Assembly (NCBI GenBank): GCA_963712115.1
Contig: CAVQGX010000031.1
Location: forward strand, 160,001 to 224,000
DNA: 64,000 nt
Source of the DNA: an uncultured delta proteobacterium
GTDB lineage: Bacteria > Desulfobacterota > Syntrophobacteria > BM002
Reading direction: 5' to 3'
In this document: positions 49,225 to 58,579 of the stretch, piece by piece
How positions within the stretch are numbered: the stretch's first letter is position 1
Layout of the letters: every line of letters starts with the position of its first letter
The notes under the pieces: model-generated
Database searches by the model: none
Told to the model about the DNA's origin: nothing
Seen by the model: only the letters and a program-made list of their open reading frames with translations
Made by a program: the position numbers and the translations under genes

Positions 49225-50505
49225 ATGGATAGGCAGCAGCAAGTAGAAGCACTTGCAACTTCTTGGAAAACTGACCGACGGTGGCAAGGAATCCAAAGGA
49301 CCTATTCGCCTGAAGATGTGATCAGGCTCCGCAGTTCAGTTCAAATAGAATACACCCTTGCCCGGTTGGGGGCTGAGAGGCTCTGGCATCTGATGCATAC
49401 AGAACCTTTCGTCCGCGCCTTGGGAGCACTGACTGGCAATCAAGCGGTGCAGCAGGTTTTGGCTGGGTTGAAGGCAATTTACCTAAGTGGCTGGCAAGTT
49501 GCCGCTGACGCCAATACTGCCGGTCAAACTTATCCGGACCAGAGTCTATACCCGGCCGACAGTGTCCCAACAGTGGTCAGAAAGGTAAACAATGCCTTGC
49601 TCAGGGCTGATCAGCTGCAACATCTACACAGCAAAGGGGATATCTATTGGTTTGCCCCTATTGTCGCAGATATTGAGGCTGGTTTTGGCGGGCCGCTCAA
49701 TACTTTTGAAATAACCAAGGCCTGCATCGACGCCGGTGCGGCAGCCGTTCACCTGGAAGATCAGATATCCTCTTTGAAGAAATGCGGTCACATGGGCGGC
49801 AAGGTTCTGGCCCCAGCCTCGGAGTATCTGCGGAAGTTCGTGGCTGCCCGGCTCGCCGCCGACGTGCTTGGCGTGCCCACGGTGCTGGTAGCGAGGACAG
49901 ATGCCAACGGAGCCCGACTGACCCGAACCGACATCGACCCCCTTGACCATCCATTTTTAACTGGAAAGAGAACGGTAGAGGGTTACTTCGAGGTGAGGGG
50001 TGGGCTGGGACTCGCTATTGCCAGGGCTCTGGCCTATGCGCCCTATGCCGATGTCATCTGGTGTGAGACCTCCACTCCGGATCTGGGAGAAGCGCGGGAA
50101 TTTGCCCAGGCTATTCACGAAAAGTTTCCCAATAAGCTACTCGCCTACAACTGCTCACCATCTTTTAACTGGAGAAGGCACCTGGATGAGGCCACAATAA
50201 GTGGATTCCAAGAAGAACTGGGCGGTATGGGATACAAGTTTCAATTTGTCACCCTGGCAGGTTTCCACGCCCTGAATGCCTCCATGTTTGAGTTGGCTCA
50301 CGGTTACAAGGACGAGGGAATGGCTGCCTATTCCCGCCTGCAGGAACACGAATTCGAGATGGAGCGCGAAAGGGGTTACAGCGCGGTCAAACACCAAAGC
50401 TTTGTGGGTGCTGGGTATTATGATGAGGTTCAAAATGTGATTACTGGGGGCGAGACCTCCACCGCAGCCCTAACAGGCTCCACTGAAGAAGACCAGTTTG
50501 AGTAA
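49225..50505 (+). CDS. aceA: Isocitrate lyase
   Basis: [40 protein letters not shown]; GGAGG RBS. Confidence 0.97.
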   Translation: MDRQQQVEALATSWKTDRRWQGIQRTYSPEDVIRLRSSVQIEYTLARLGAERLWHLMHTEPFVRALGALTGNQAVQQVLAGLKAIYLSGWQVAADANTAGQTYPDQSLYPADSVPTVVRKVNNALLRADQLQHLHSKGDIYWFAPIVADIEAGFGGPLNTFEITKACIDAGAAAVHLEDQISSLKKCGHMGGKVLAPASEYLRKFVAARLAADVLGVPTVLVARTDANGARLTRTDIDPLDHPFLTGKRTVEGYFEVRGGLGLAIARALAYAPYADVIWCETSTPDLGEAREFAQAIHEKFPNKLLAYNCSPSFNWRRHLDEATISGFQEELGGMGYKFQFVTLAGFHALNASMFELAHGYKDEGMAAYSRLQEHEFEMERERGYSAVKHQSFVGAGYYDEVQNVITGGETSTAALTGSTEEDQFE

Positions 50506-50514
50506 ACTACTAGG

Positions 50515-50684
50515 CAATTTTCGATTTCGGATTGCGGATTGCGGATTGCGGATTTGAGAGGGCATAGGGCATGGAGCATGGGGCATAGGGTTCAAAAACT
50601 TAGAGATCCAAAAATCCCCTGTCGTCTGACTTCTGACCTCCGATTTCTTTGTATTTTGGTGCCTAGTGTTTAGTGCCTAGTGTG
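50515..50684. repeat. Composite heptamer-repeat cassette between convergent aceA and aceK
   Basis: GATTGCG, GCATGGN/GCATAGG, TCTGACT and GTGCCTA blocks; 22-nt block 50619-50640 identical to 62101-62122. Confidence 0.6.
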
Positions 50685-52409
50685 CCATAACCGCTTGTTT
50701 TGCTCGTATGGAAAAATGTCCATTATTGTTCGTGCTTTGATTCGGGCCTGAATCTGATGCCAGAAATCCACCCCAAATAAATCTGAATGCTCCTGCCAGA
50801 ATAGATCCTTCAAATCTCCCTTTAGTCCCAAAAAATAACTGAACTCCTCGGGGAAAATGTCATTCTCACCAACATTAAACCACGGCTCGTCAGATAATTC
50901 GTCCTCGTAGCTTCTCGAGGGGGGCATAACCCGGAAAGTGCAATCAGACAAGAAAGAAAGTTCGTCGTAATCGTAGAATACCACCCTGTCGTGGCGAGTA
51001 ACCCCGAAATTTTTCAGGAGCATGTCACCCGGAAAGATATTTGTGGCCGCCAGGTCTTTGATCGCTTGACCGTAATCTATAATGGCTGCCCGGGCTTTGA
51101 CCTCATCAACCTCGCTCAGGTATACGTTTAGAGGAGTCACTCGCCTCTCTACATAGGCATGCTTGATAATCACGTGATCATCATTTACCTCCACGCTTCC
51201 TCCAGCCACACGTTGGAGTTGTTCTAATAGATCTTCTGAAAATCGGCTGCGGTCAAACTTCAGATGTTCAAATTCTTGCGCATCCACCAGGCGGCCGGCA
51301 CGGTCATGTTTGAACACCAGATAATACTTGGCCATCACCTCTTCCCGAGTTGTGTGCTTGTTGGGTGGGAAGCGGTCTTTAATCACCTTAAAAACCACAT
51401 CGTAATCTGGCATGGTGAATACCTCCATTACCATGCCTCTTTCGCCCTCTGCTATTTCGAACTTCTCTTTGGAAGAGTCAAGATGTTGCAGCAAATCGCA
51501 GTATAATTCGGACTTGCCATGTTTGTTGTACCCTATAGAGATGTAGAGCTCTGCAACTCGTTTTCGAGGCATAATAGACTTGAGGAAACTGACTAACTCT
51601 GCAGGTCTTCTGATATTGACCTGAAAATAGGATCGAGTAAAACTGAACAAAATGCTGACTTCGTTTTCGTCCAAGAGCACGGCATCAACTAGCATGCCTG
51701 CAGGAGTGTTGAGCAAAGCGAGCACAAGGGGAAAATCATGTGAAGCGGTGAAAAATCTGCCAACCAGGTAAGCTCCTTTACCTCGAAAAAGAACGGAGGA
51801 TAGCATATCGATTTTTTGGATAGAGCTGGAACTTCCAGCCTTGCTGAGGTGATCTTCTATTTTGGCGGCCACCAACTGGGCATCACGTCTGAGGTCTTCA
51901 TAAGCCACAGCAAAATTGTAATCCCTGAGTATAGTCTCGATCAAAGCAGCAGTTGTCTGCGGACTGGTGTAAGAGCGATAAACTGGTTGACTGATCTGGA
52001 CAGGTTGGGTTCTGGAACAGGTGTCGACGAATTCAATCTGAGGATTGACGCCAACCGTGGCAAAGACTCTTCTGGTGATAGAATTGAAGAAAGTCTCTGC
52101 AAGTTCCCAAAGATCCACTTTGGCGACCAGTTCAGCATAGACAACTTTCGCTCTCATCCATAGCTCAGGGTCATTGACTCTTCCGCCAAGCAGTCGTTTG
52201 ATCTCAACAACAGTTTCATCCACCACTTTTTTATACAGGTCCAGCCGCTCTCCTGCATCAGCTTGGATGCCGGGCCAGTCCCTGTTTTCAAAGCGCGCCT
52301 TGGCCCTCTGAGTAATCGCAGCATATTGCCCTTGGTATGAATCAAAAGCTTGGCGGATGGCTTTGGCAGCCAGCTCGGACAGGTTGTTAGTGGCTAAATC
52401 ATTCGTCAT
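50670..52409 (-). CDS. aceK: Isocitrate dehydrogenase kinase/phosphatase
   Basis: AETFFNS, FSFTRSYF, KHDRAGR, NIFPGDMLLKNFGVTRH.RVVFYDYDE. Confidence 0.96.
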   Translation of the reverse strand: MTNDLATNNLSELAAKAIRQAFDSYQGQYAAITQRAKARFENRDWPGIQADAGERLDLYKKVVDETVVEIKRLLGGRVNDPELWMRAKVVYAELVAKVDLWELAETFFNSITRRVFATVGVNPQIEFVDTCSRTQPVQISQPVYRSYTSPQTTAALIETILRDYNFAVAYEDLRRDAQLVAAKIEDHLSKAGSSSSIQKIDMLSSVLFRGKGAYLVGRFFTASHDFPLVLALLNTPAGMLVDAVLLDENEVSILFSFTRSYFQVNIRRPAELVSFLKSIMPRKRVAELYISIGYNKHGKSELYCDLLQHLDSSKEKFEIAEGERGMVMEVFTMPDYDVVFKVIKDRFPPNKHTTREEVMAKYYLVFKHDRAGRLVDAQEFEHLKFDRSRFSEDLLEQLQRVAGGSVEVNDDHVIIKHAYVERRVTPLNVYLSEVDEVKARAAIIDYGQAIKDLAATNIFPGDMLLKNFGVTRHDRVVFYDYDELSFLSDCTFRVMPPSRSYEDELSDEPWFNVGENDIFPEEFSYFLGLKGDLKDLFWQEHSDLFGVDFWHQIQARIKARTIMDIFPYEQNKRLWHTRH

Positions 52410-52528
52410 AGAGCCTAAACCTTATAAGCACTTCAGAATGAGGTTCTAGATTGCAAATAACGCCTATTTATTTAGCTCCGCATGATAACTATATGTCCCC
52501 TCTCCCCTCAAGACAGTGTATCGAAATT

Positions 52529-52577
52529 CGTCATCCCGGCCAAGTCCGGCGGCGGCGGACTCGTCCGGAATGACGGC
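52529..52577. repeat. REP-like palindrome CGTCATCCCGG...CCGGAATGACG
   Basis: Direct inspection; related partial copies near 23937-23969 and 36621-36630. Confidence 0.5.
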
Positions 52578-52594
52578 TTTGGGGGCAGAGAAAT

Positions 52595-52630
52595 AAAAAA
52601 GCCGCACTTAGGCAGTTTCCCACGTGCGGC
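52595..52630 (-). terminator. Intrinsic terminator after CsgG-like gene
   Basis: Minus strand GCCGCAC...GTGCGGC followed by TTTTTT. Confidence 0.65.
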
Positions 52631-52660
52631 ACCTTCTTATTTGTGTTTTGTTGAAATTAA

Positions 52661-53329
52661 TCAGTTCAGTTCGATGTAGATCCTTGACATTACATCATCA
52701 ATAGCCATGCGCATGGACTCAGTAGCCTTCTTTTCGTCGTAGCTTTCCCCACCACCGAAGCCCAAAACGCTAACAGCTCTGCTTCTCAACGCGCCGGAGC
52801 CGGTATCAGCAAAAACAATCTCGCCAGTCTGCACGTTCACCGCCCGTAAGTCCACGGTTGCCCTGTAGTGATGCTTTCCCACAGAGAAGTAACCAGCGCC
52901 GTGGGCACCTGATTTTGCCACGCCAAACTCGGTTACCGCTCCGGTAACGATATATTTGGCCCCCACAAGTTTGCCGATCTGGACTGCGGTAGACATGTCA
53001 ACAGCGCCACTCATCTGCAGTTTCTGCTCTTTCATTATGGCATTGAGCCTATCGCGCTCGTAGACCTTGTACTTTTTGGTTTTTACCAGCGCGGTGATGA
53101 GCATGTCGGAGGCCCCCTGCCCGACCCGCCAGTCGTGGCCAGGAACCTTGGTTTCGAAGTCCATAACCACAATTGGTATTTTCTTCCCAGTGTAATTGTA
53201 AGCGGGCAAAGTCCTGGGAGTGGCTTCTTCATCTTCTTTAGTCTCTTTGCCCGAACCGGCACAGCCCAAAACAAAGAAAAAAGCTACAATGAGTCCTACC
53301 AGCAAAAAGGTTCTTCTTCTCTTCAACAT
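52661..53329 (-). CDS. CsgG/HfaB family lipoprotein
   Basis: Lipobox VLGC; DMLITALV...Y.VYER..L..IMKEQ, IGKLVGA.YIVTGAVTEFG. Confidence 0.88.
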   Translation of the reverse strand: MLKRRRTFLLVGLIVAFFFVLGCAGSGKETKEDEEATPRTLPAYNYTGKKIPIVVMDFETKVPGHDWRVGQGASDMLITALVKTKKYKVYERDRLNAIMKEQKLQMSGAVDMSTAVQIGKLVGAKYIVTGAVTEFGVAKSGAHGAGYFSVGKHHYRATVDLRAVNVQTGEIVFADTGSGALRSRAVSVLGFGGGESYDEKKATESMRMAIDDVMSRIYIELN

Positions 53330-53406
53330 AGGCCCTCTCCTTGTTGAGTTGAACTAAGATAAGAAAACAAGAATACTTTTAAGAACTGAATGTAAAGTGC
53401 TGTCAA

Positions 53407-53423
53407 AGCACTTTTAGTGCCAA
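53407..53423 (-). promoter_or_regulatory. Candidate sigma54 promoter
   Basis: Minus strand TTGGCACTAAAAGTGCT, GG-N10-GC spacing, about 80 bp upstream of 53329. Confidence 0.5.
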
Positions 53424-53463
53424 CCTTAACACATCATGCTCCTAGGGGTCAAAAGCTAAAAGT

Positions 53464-54990
53464 CTATAAGCCTATGATTCTATAGATGCTGGACATATCC
53501 AGGTGATTGCGGAGGTGGGTGGCCAGTTTGTTGTATTGCTCTTCCTTCCAGTGGTGGAAAGATCTGAGTCTCTCTTTGGTGGGAACCAGATCATCACCCC
53601 TTAGAAACCGACTAATGAGGCGATGCCTCAAGCCATCGTTATCAAACAAGCCGTGCACATAAGTTCCCCATACGCGACCATCCTCTGAGACCAGGCCGTC
53701 TTGAACCCTTACCGGTCTGGAGTTACGTTCTGAAATCTCAAGGAGTGCGGTGGCGGATCCCAGAGTTCTGCTCCGCCCCATGTGTATCTCATAACCTCGT
53801 ATCTCCTCGTCTGGACCGGCCAGCTCTTGCCAAAGTACCCTAGCCTTAACCTGGGTAGTCACCTTGTCTCCCAGGAGTTCTGTCTCCATTTCCAGCAAGC
53901 CCAAGCCGGCAACCTCTTGCAGGTCGCTTTCCACGCCCATGGGATCCAACACCTTTTGGCCCAGCATTTGATACCCCCCACAGATGCCCACAACTGTGCC
54001 GCCCCGGGCATAAAATGCAATGATAGCCTCAGCGAGACCCTGGTTCTGCAAATAGCGCAGATCGTTTAGAGTATTTTTGCTGCCGGGCAAAATAACCAGG
54101 TCCATCTCAAATACTTGCTCAGGAGCAATGAAGTAGGTCAAGTTAACAGATGGTTCCTGCTCCAGGCTGTCAAAGTCCGTGTAGTTGGAAATGTGGGGCA
54201 GTCGAATAACACCAATTCGTACCTGCCCCTCTGGTCTTTTTTTTGCCTCCCGAATCTTCAGATCCAGGGCGACGCTGTCTTCCTCCGGGATGTGAATATC
54301 ATTAAAGTAGTGCACCAAACCCAAAACCGGTCTTTCGGTACGAGCCTCTATAAATTCCAGCCCTGAGCGCAGCAGGGAGGGATCGCCTCGAAACTTGTTT
54401 ATGATGAAACCCTTTATCAGTTCACGCTCTGGGGGAGTGAAAAGCTCCATATGTCCAACTATACTTGCAAAAACTCCTCCTCGATCTATGTCTGCCACCA
54501 AAATTACTGGGGCTGACACCCGCTCAGCCATAGAGAGGTTGACCAGATCCTTGTCTCTGAGGTTTATCTCGGCAGCACTGCCTGCTCCCTCCATTACCAG
54601 GACCTCGTATTTACTCTCCAACCGGCCATAGCTTTCCATGACCTGCGCCACCAGATCAGGTTTCTTTCTGTAATACTCCTCAGCGGTGAAATTACCCAGG
54701 ACCTTACCCTGCAGTATGACCTGGGAGCCTACGTTGGAGGTGGGCTTTAACAGGATCGGATTCATATCAATATGGGGCTCAATTCCTGCGGCCTCTGCTT
54801 GTACTACTTGAGCCCGGCCCATTTCACCACCTTCCGGGGTGATGAAAGAGTTTAGTGCCATGTTCTGAGCCTTAAACGGAGCCACCCTGTAGCCGTCTTG
54901 TTTTAGAATGCGGCAGAGCCCAGCCACCAGGATTGACTTGCCCACATCCGACCCGGTTCCCAGTATCATCAGGTTTTTTGCTCTAGGCAT
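53464..54990 (-). CDS. cobQ: Cobyric acid synthase
   Basis: GTGSDVGKS, PFKAQNMALNS, EGAGS.AEINL, ISNYTDF, GICGGYQMLG, GTYVHG. Confidence 0.97.
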   Translation of the reverse strand: MPRAKNLMILGTGSDVGKSILVAGLCRILKQDGYRVAPFKAQNMALNSFITPEGGEMGRAQVVQAEAAGIEPHIDMNPILLKPTSNVGSQVILQGKVLGNFTAEEYYRKKPDLVAQVMESYGRLESKYEVLVMEGAGSAAEINLRDKDLVNLSMAERVSAPVILVADIDRGGVFASIVGHMELFTPPERELIKGFIINKFRGDPSLLRSGLEFIEARTERPVLGLVHYFNDIHIPEEDSVALDLKIREAKKRPEGQVRIGVIRLPHISNYTDFDSLEQEPSVNLTYFIAPEQVFEMDLVILPGSKNTLNDLRYLQNQGLAEAIIAFYARGGTVVGICGGYQMLGQKVLDPMGVESDLQEVAGLGLLEMETELLGDKVTTQVKARVLWQELAGPDEEIRGYEIHMGRSRTLGSATALLEISERNSRPVRVQDGLVSEDGRVWGTYVHGLFDNDGLRHRLISRFLRGDDLVPTKERLRSFHHWKEEQYNKLATHLRNHLDMSSIYRIIGL

Positions 54991-55014
54991 GATCTTTGTT
55001 CTCCAGACTTTTCA

Positions 55015-55302
55015 ATCTCTCACAGAGCTCACAGAGAACTCAGAGAGCTCTTGAATATTAAAGCAGTGAGGTTGATTTGGTCCAGGAGAAGATCGCTTAA
55101 AGGCTAAATGGAGAGAGCCTGAAGCCAGGAACAAGCTTGCTTATTCCTGGCTTTCTGGGCCTCTCCATTTGTCCCGATAGCCATATGGGGACGCCCTGCT
55201 TTGCAGGGCTTTTTAAGCGATCCGGCTACATCCCCTAGTATCTTTTTCTCTGAGCCCTCTGAGGACTCGAGCGAGCCCGCAGAGCGGGTGAGCGGGCGAG
55301 AG
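55015..55302 (+). mobile_element. Structured inverted-repeat element copy 4 (minimal, single four-way-junction module)
   Basis: Same terminal sequences; module 55091-55222 with all four stems intact despite divergent sequence. Confidence 0.7.
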
Positions 55303-55305
55303 CCT

Positions 55306-56382
55306 CTAAAGTGCGGTCAAAAGCACATATGCTATGCCTACAATGACAATGCTGATCACTCTCAGCGTTTGCCCCAAAGCAATGAGCAGAATGCCGAGTT
55401 TGGGTCTGAATATCCCCATGTAATAGGGAAGCTGATGTCTCAGTGCTCTCACCGGTGTTGCTACCACATTTCCCAAGATCAAGGCGATAACCGTCTCCCT
55501 AATTGATAAAGTACCCGCATCCAGAAGAGCCCCTGCTGCTGCGAAACCGGAAGTGAACTCTGCTACCAAGCTGAAAATTACCACGCTCATTGCCTCCAGC
55601 GGTACCACAGCGGAGGTAATACCCCCTGCAAGCTTCAAGCGCAACCAGGTAAAAAAGCCTAACTGGCTGACTATCATAACCACCACGTAGACCGGAATTA
55701 CCAGCAGCATAATCCTTTGCAATCTTTTGAGGAACTTTTGCCAGGTGTCCTGCAAAATAGTCTTCCAAGATTGTCCTTCTCTCTTTTCTGCAGCCATTTC
55801 CAGGGGACGGGGCGAGAGTGTCAACCTCGAGTAAATCACCAGACCCGCCGTGCGTAACAAGGCGGCAACCAGGGTCAGAAGGAGGTACAGAAGCCCGGCC
55901 AAACCTGCCAGGGGAAGGATGATAAAAAACGTTGTAGGTAGATGAAGAAAATAGGCCGGCAAGCCGTTCAGCAGGCTGGTCAGAATCACTTCCTTTCTAC
56001 CAAGCTTGCCTTCCTCGTGGAAGGTAACCAACATGGCCTGAGCAGCTGTCCCGGAAACGAAGGCGGTGGTAAAAGAAGCTCCAGAGGAATCCGAAAGGTG
56101 GCCCCAGCGCATTAGCGGCCGGACAAGGGTTGAAAGGCGACCGGTCCAACCTGAGGCTTCAATAATTTGTCCGGCAAAAAGCCCTAAAGAAATTAGGAGA
56201 GTCATTCGTAGAAGCGGCTTGCCCAACCGTTTCCACAGAAAGGAGGGATCGCCAAAGGACGAAGATATGGCCGGATTGGCAAAAAAGAAAACCAGAAATG
56301 CCAGGAGCAAAAGAGCGGCAAGGATAACGTACAACAGCCAGGGTGAAGTCCTCTTCTTTGCTTTCGAATTGCCACTTTTCAT
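55306..56382 (-). CDS. Polytopic membrane protein with nucleoside-recognition (Gate) domain
   Basis: Hydrophobic; RPLMRWGHL, TTAFVSG, ALRHQLP.Y.GIF; lies in cobalamin cluster. Confidence 0.7.
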   Translation of the reverse strand: MKSGNSKAKKRTSPWLLYVILAALLLLAFLVFFFANPAISSSFGDPSFLWKRLGKPLLRMTLLISLGLFAGQIIEASGWTGRLSTLVRPLMRWGHLSDSSGASFTTAFVSGTAAQAMLVTFHEEGKLGRKEVILTSLLNGLPAYFLHLPTTFFIILPLAGLAGLLYLLLTLVAALLRTAGLVIYSRLTLSPRPLEMAAEKREGQSWKTILQDTWQKFLKRLQRIMLLVIPVYVVVMIVSQLGFFTWLRLKLAGGITSAVVPLEAMSVVIFSLVAEFTSGFAAAGALLDAGTLSIRETVIALILGNVVATPVRALRHQLPYYMGIFRPKLGILLIALGQTLRVISIVIVGIAYVLLTAL

Positions 56383-56384
56383 TC

Positions 56385-56590
56385 GTCATTTCTTCGAGAT
56401 CGCTGCGCTCGGCTTTCATTCATAGTCATTTGGCCACGGAAAGTGGCCGTCACTACGCTACGCTGTCAATATGCCTTCAGCGTCATTTATGGTCATTAGG
56501 TCAATCTACGCTGTCATTCATAGTTAACTGTCATTGTAGAGTCGAAACAACTTAATGACGGCGAAGCCAAGTGGCGCGAAGCAAATGACC
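56385..56590. repeat. GTCAT/ATGAC-rich imperfect inverted-repeat array
   Basis: Multiple GTCATT/GTCA words then AATGAC words; similar to 478-652. Confidence 0.6.
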
Positions 56591-56630
56591 CAACAGTGCC
56601 TAGTTGAAATGGCTGCCAGTTGCCGGCTGC

Positions 56631-57365
56631 CTAATGACCTTTCTTCTCTTTCTTTACTATCATCAGCGAAAGATAAGGAACCTTCTTGCCCCGGAGTTCC
56701 TCCGGATTCTTGCAGATTACCTGATCCTCCATGCCGCATCGAGAAACGAGCGTGGCCCGCCCCTTCATTCCCAACTCCTCCAGTGTGTCCAGTATTTTGT
56801 CGAAATGCCTATAGACCTTTAGCATTATTACGCAGTCTACCTTGTTGATCACCTCCTTGAGTTGCTCGCCTCCCTTTGAGCCTGAGATTACACAGAAGGT
56901 CTGCTCCTGGGCGGCCATTATTTCTTGAGCAGCTGCAGTAGCAGCTTGATAGGAGGTAACACCAGGGATCACACACACGGGCACTTCCGGGGCCATCTCC
57001 TGGATGGTTTCCATGATGTATCCAAAGGTTGAGTAAGTGAGGGGATCACCAATGGTGATGAATGCCACGTCCTTTCCCTGTTGGACGAAAGCCAGAATCC
57101 GACGGGCGTTTTCCTCCCAAGCTTTATCCAAGATCTCCTGGTCGCGAGTCATTGGGAAACTGAGTCTTACGACCTCTGCACCGTTCAGCATGTGGGATTT
57201 GGCATTCTCTAGTGCCAGAGAGTATTCGTTCTTACTCGAGGACGCAGCAAAAATTACCTTCACCTGGTTAAGCACTTTCACCGCTTTAAGGGTGATAAGT
57301 TCCGGATCACCAGGTCCAACACCTACTCCGTATAAAGTTCCAGGCTTCATAGTTTTTCCCCTCAT
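56631..57365 (-). CDS. cbiL: Precorrin-2 / cobalt-factor II C20-methyltransferase
   Basis: LYGVGVGPGDPELITLKA, FPMTRD, GDPLTYSTF, PYLSL. Confidence 0.92.
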   Translation of the reverse strand: MRGKTMKPGTLYGVGVGPGDPELITLKAVKVLNQVKVIFAASSSKNEYSLALENAKSHMLNGAEVVRLSFPMTRDQEILDKAWEENARRILAFVQQGKDVAFITIGDPLTYSTFGYIMETIQEMAPEVPVCVIPGVTSYQAATAAAQEIMAAQEQTFCVISGSKGGEQLKEVINKVDCVIMLKVYRHFDKILDTLEELGMKGRATLVSRCGMEDQVICKNPEELRGKKVPYLSLMIVKKEKKGH

Positions 57366-57427
57366 CGTTAGCTTTAAATCTGGGGCAATAATTACTCTTC
57401 TAATCCCCTAAGGACGCGAATAAAGTA

Positions 57428-57505
57428 GATATGCGATGTGTGATGTGAGATTTGCGATAAAGACATCTTCTAACATCCCATATCGCACATCTCATATCCC
57501 ACATC
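57428..57505. repeat. GATGTGN/CATATC heptamer hairpin
   Basis: Homologous to 28088-28158. Confidence 0.6.
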
Positions 57506-57556
57506 CCTTAAGCCTTCGCTGGGAAAGCCCTTGACGCAGTTGACCTGCTCACTGCT

Positions 57557-58456
57557 TTACTTCGCCAGTTCTGGGTGGAGATAGGCGGCGAGTTTCTCCA
57601 CAGCTTCAACTGATCTGGGCCCTGGTCGAGAGAAAACATACTCGTCAACGAAAAATACCCGCCCTTGTTGAACAGCCTTGAGGACCTGAAAATTGGGCCG
57701 GGATTCAGGACTGCCGGGGTTACGGTTCATTGGTCCCTCCTGGACCACGTAGACATCCGGGTCGTAGTCTATAAGTGTTTCGATATTGATCCGCACAAGC
57801 TTTTTCTCATTGGGCAAGCAGTTAAGACCGCCTGCTTTCAAAATCACATCGTTGATAATAGATCCCTGTCCTGCCCCCAAAAGGTTTGGATAGCGCACCT
57901 CGAAAAACACTTTGGGCCGATCTTTGCTCTTGGCCAGCCTCAAATCGATTTGCCGTAGGCGACTGCTTTGTCCGTTAACTAACCCTTGCGCATTCGCCTC
58001 TTCGCCGGTGAGAATTCCCAACCTGTCAATCACCGAAAAAAGTTCTGCGAAATTCCTCGGCTGGAAAACAGCCACAGTGAAACCTTTCTGTTGTATCTGT
58101 CTGATCACCTCATGCCCATGTTTCCTTCCTACAGCATGAATAATCAGATCGGGCTGCAATCCCAGCACCAGTTCCATGTTTGGCCTAAGGTGTGTTCCTA
58201 CGCTAGGTTTGTCCAAAATGGAGGGCGGGAATCTGTCCGCCCTGGTCCTGGCTACCAATTTGTCACCTGCGCCGATGGCAAAGAGAATTTCACTGTATGC
58301 CCCGTAAAGGGAAATGATTCTTTGTGCCGGCTCCTTTAGGGCAATTACCTGCCCTAGGTCATCCGTCACCCGCACCTCCGCCTCAGTCATCTTCGGTAGA
58401 AACATGAAAGTCAAGGTCAGTATCAAAGCCATTATGTGTCGACCAAAATGTGACAT
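57557..58456 (-). CDS. Cobalamin/Fe-siderophore ABC substrate-binding protein (BtuF-like)
   Basis: VTDDLG..I....PAQRIISL, PDLII, SRPGPR. Confidence 0.9.
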   Translation of the reverse strand: MSHFGRHIMALILTLTFMFLPKMTEAEVRVTDDLGQVIALKEPAQRIISLYGAYSEILFAIGAGDKLVARTRADRFPPSILDKPSVGTHLRPNMELVLGLQPDLIIHAVGRKHGHEVIRQIQQKGFTVAVFQPRNFAELFSVIDRLGILTGEEANAQGLVNGQSSRLRQIDLRLAKSKDRPKVFFEVRYPNLLGAGQGSIINDVILKAGGLNCLPNEKKLVRINIETLIDYDPDVYVVQEGPMNRNPGSPESRPNFQVLKAVQQGRVFFVDEYVFSRPGPRSVEAVEKLAAYLHPELAK

Positions 58457-58502
58457 CTTACTCCGCCGCCAAATCCTCAGTATATTCGTCCTTCGGCCTT
58501 AA

Positions 58503-58579
58503 ACCACAAAGATCACAAAGCACACAAAGAAATAATATTTATCTTAATACATCTTCGTGCCCTTCGTGTCCTTCGTGGT
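58503..58579 (-). repeat. ORF-less (empty) version of the ACCACGAAG-type GxxExxY element
   Basis: ACCACAAAGATCACAAAGCACACAAAG ... CTTCGTGCCCTTCGTGTCCTTCGTGGT; right arm nearly identical to 8172-8199. Confidence 0.7.
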
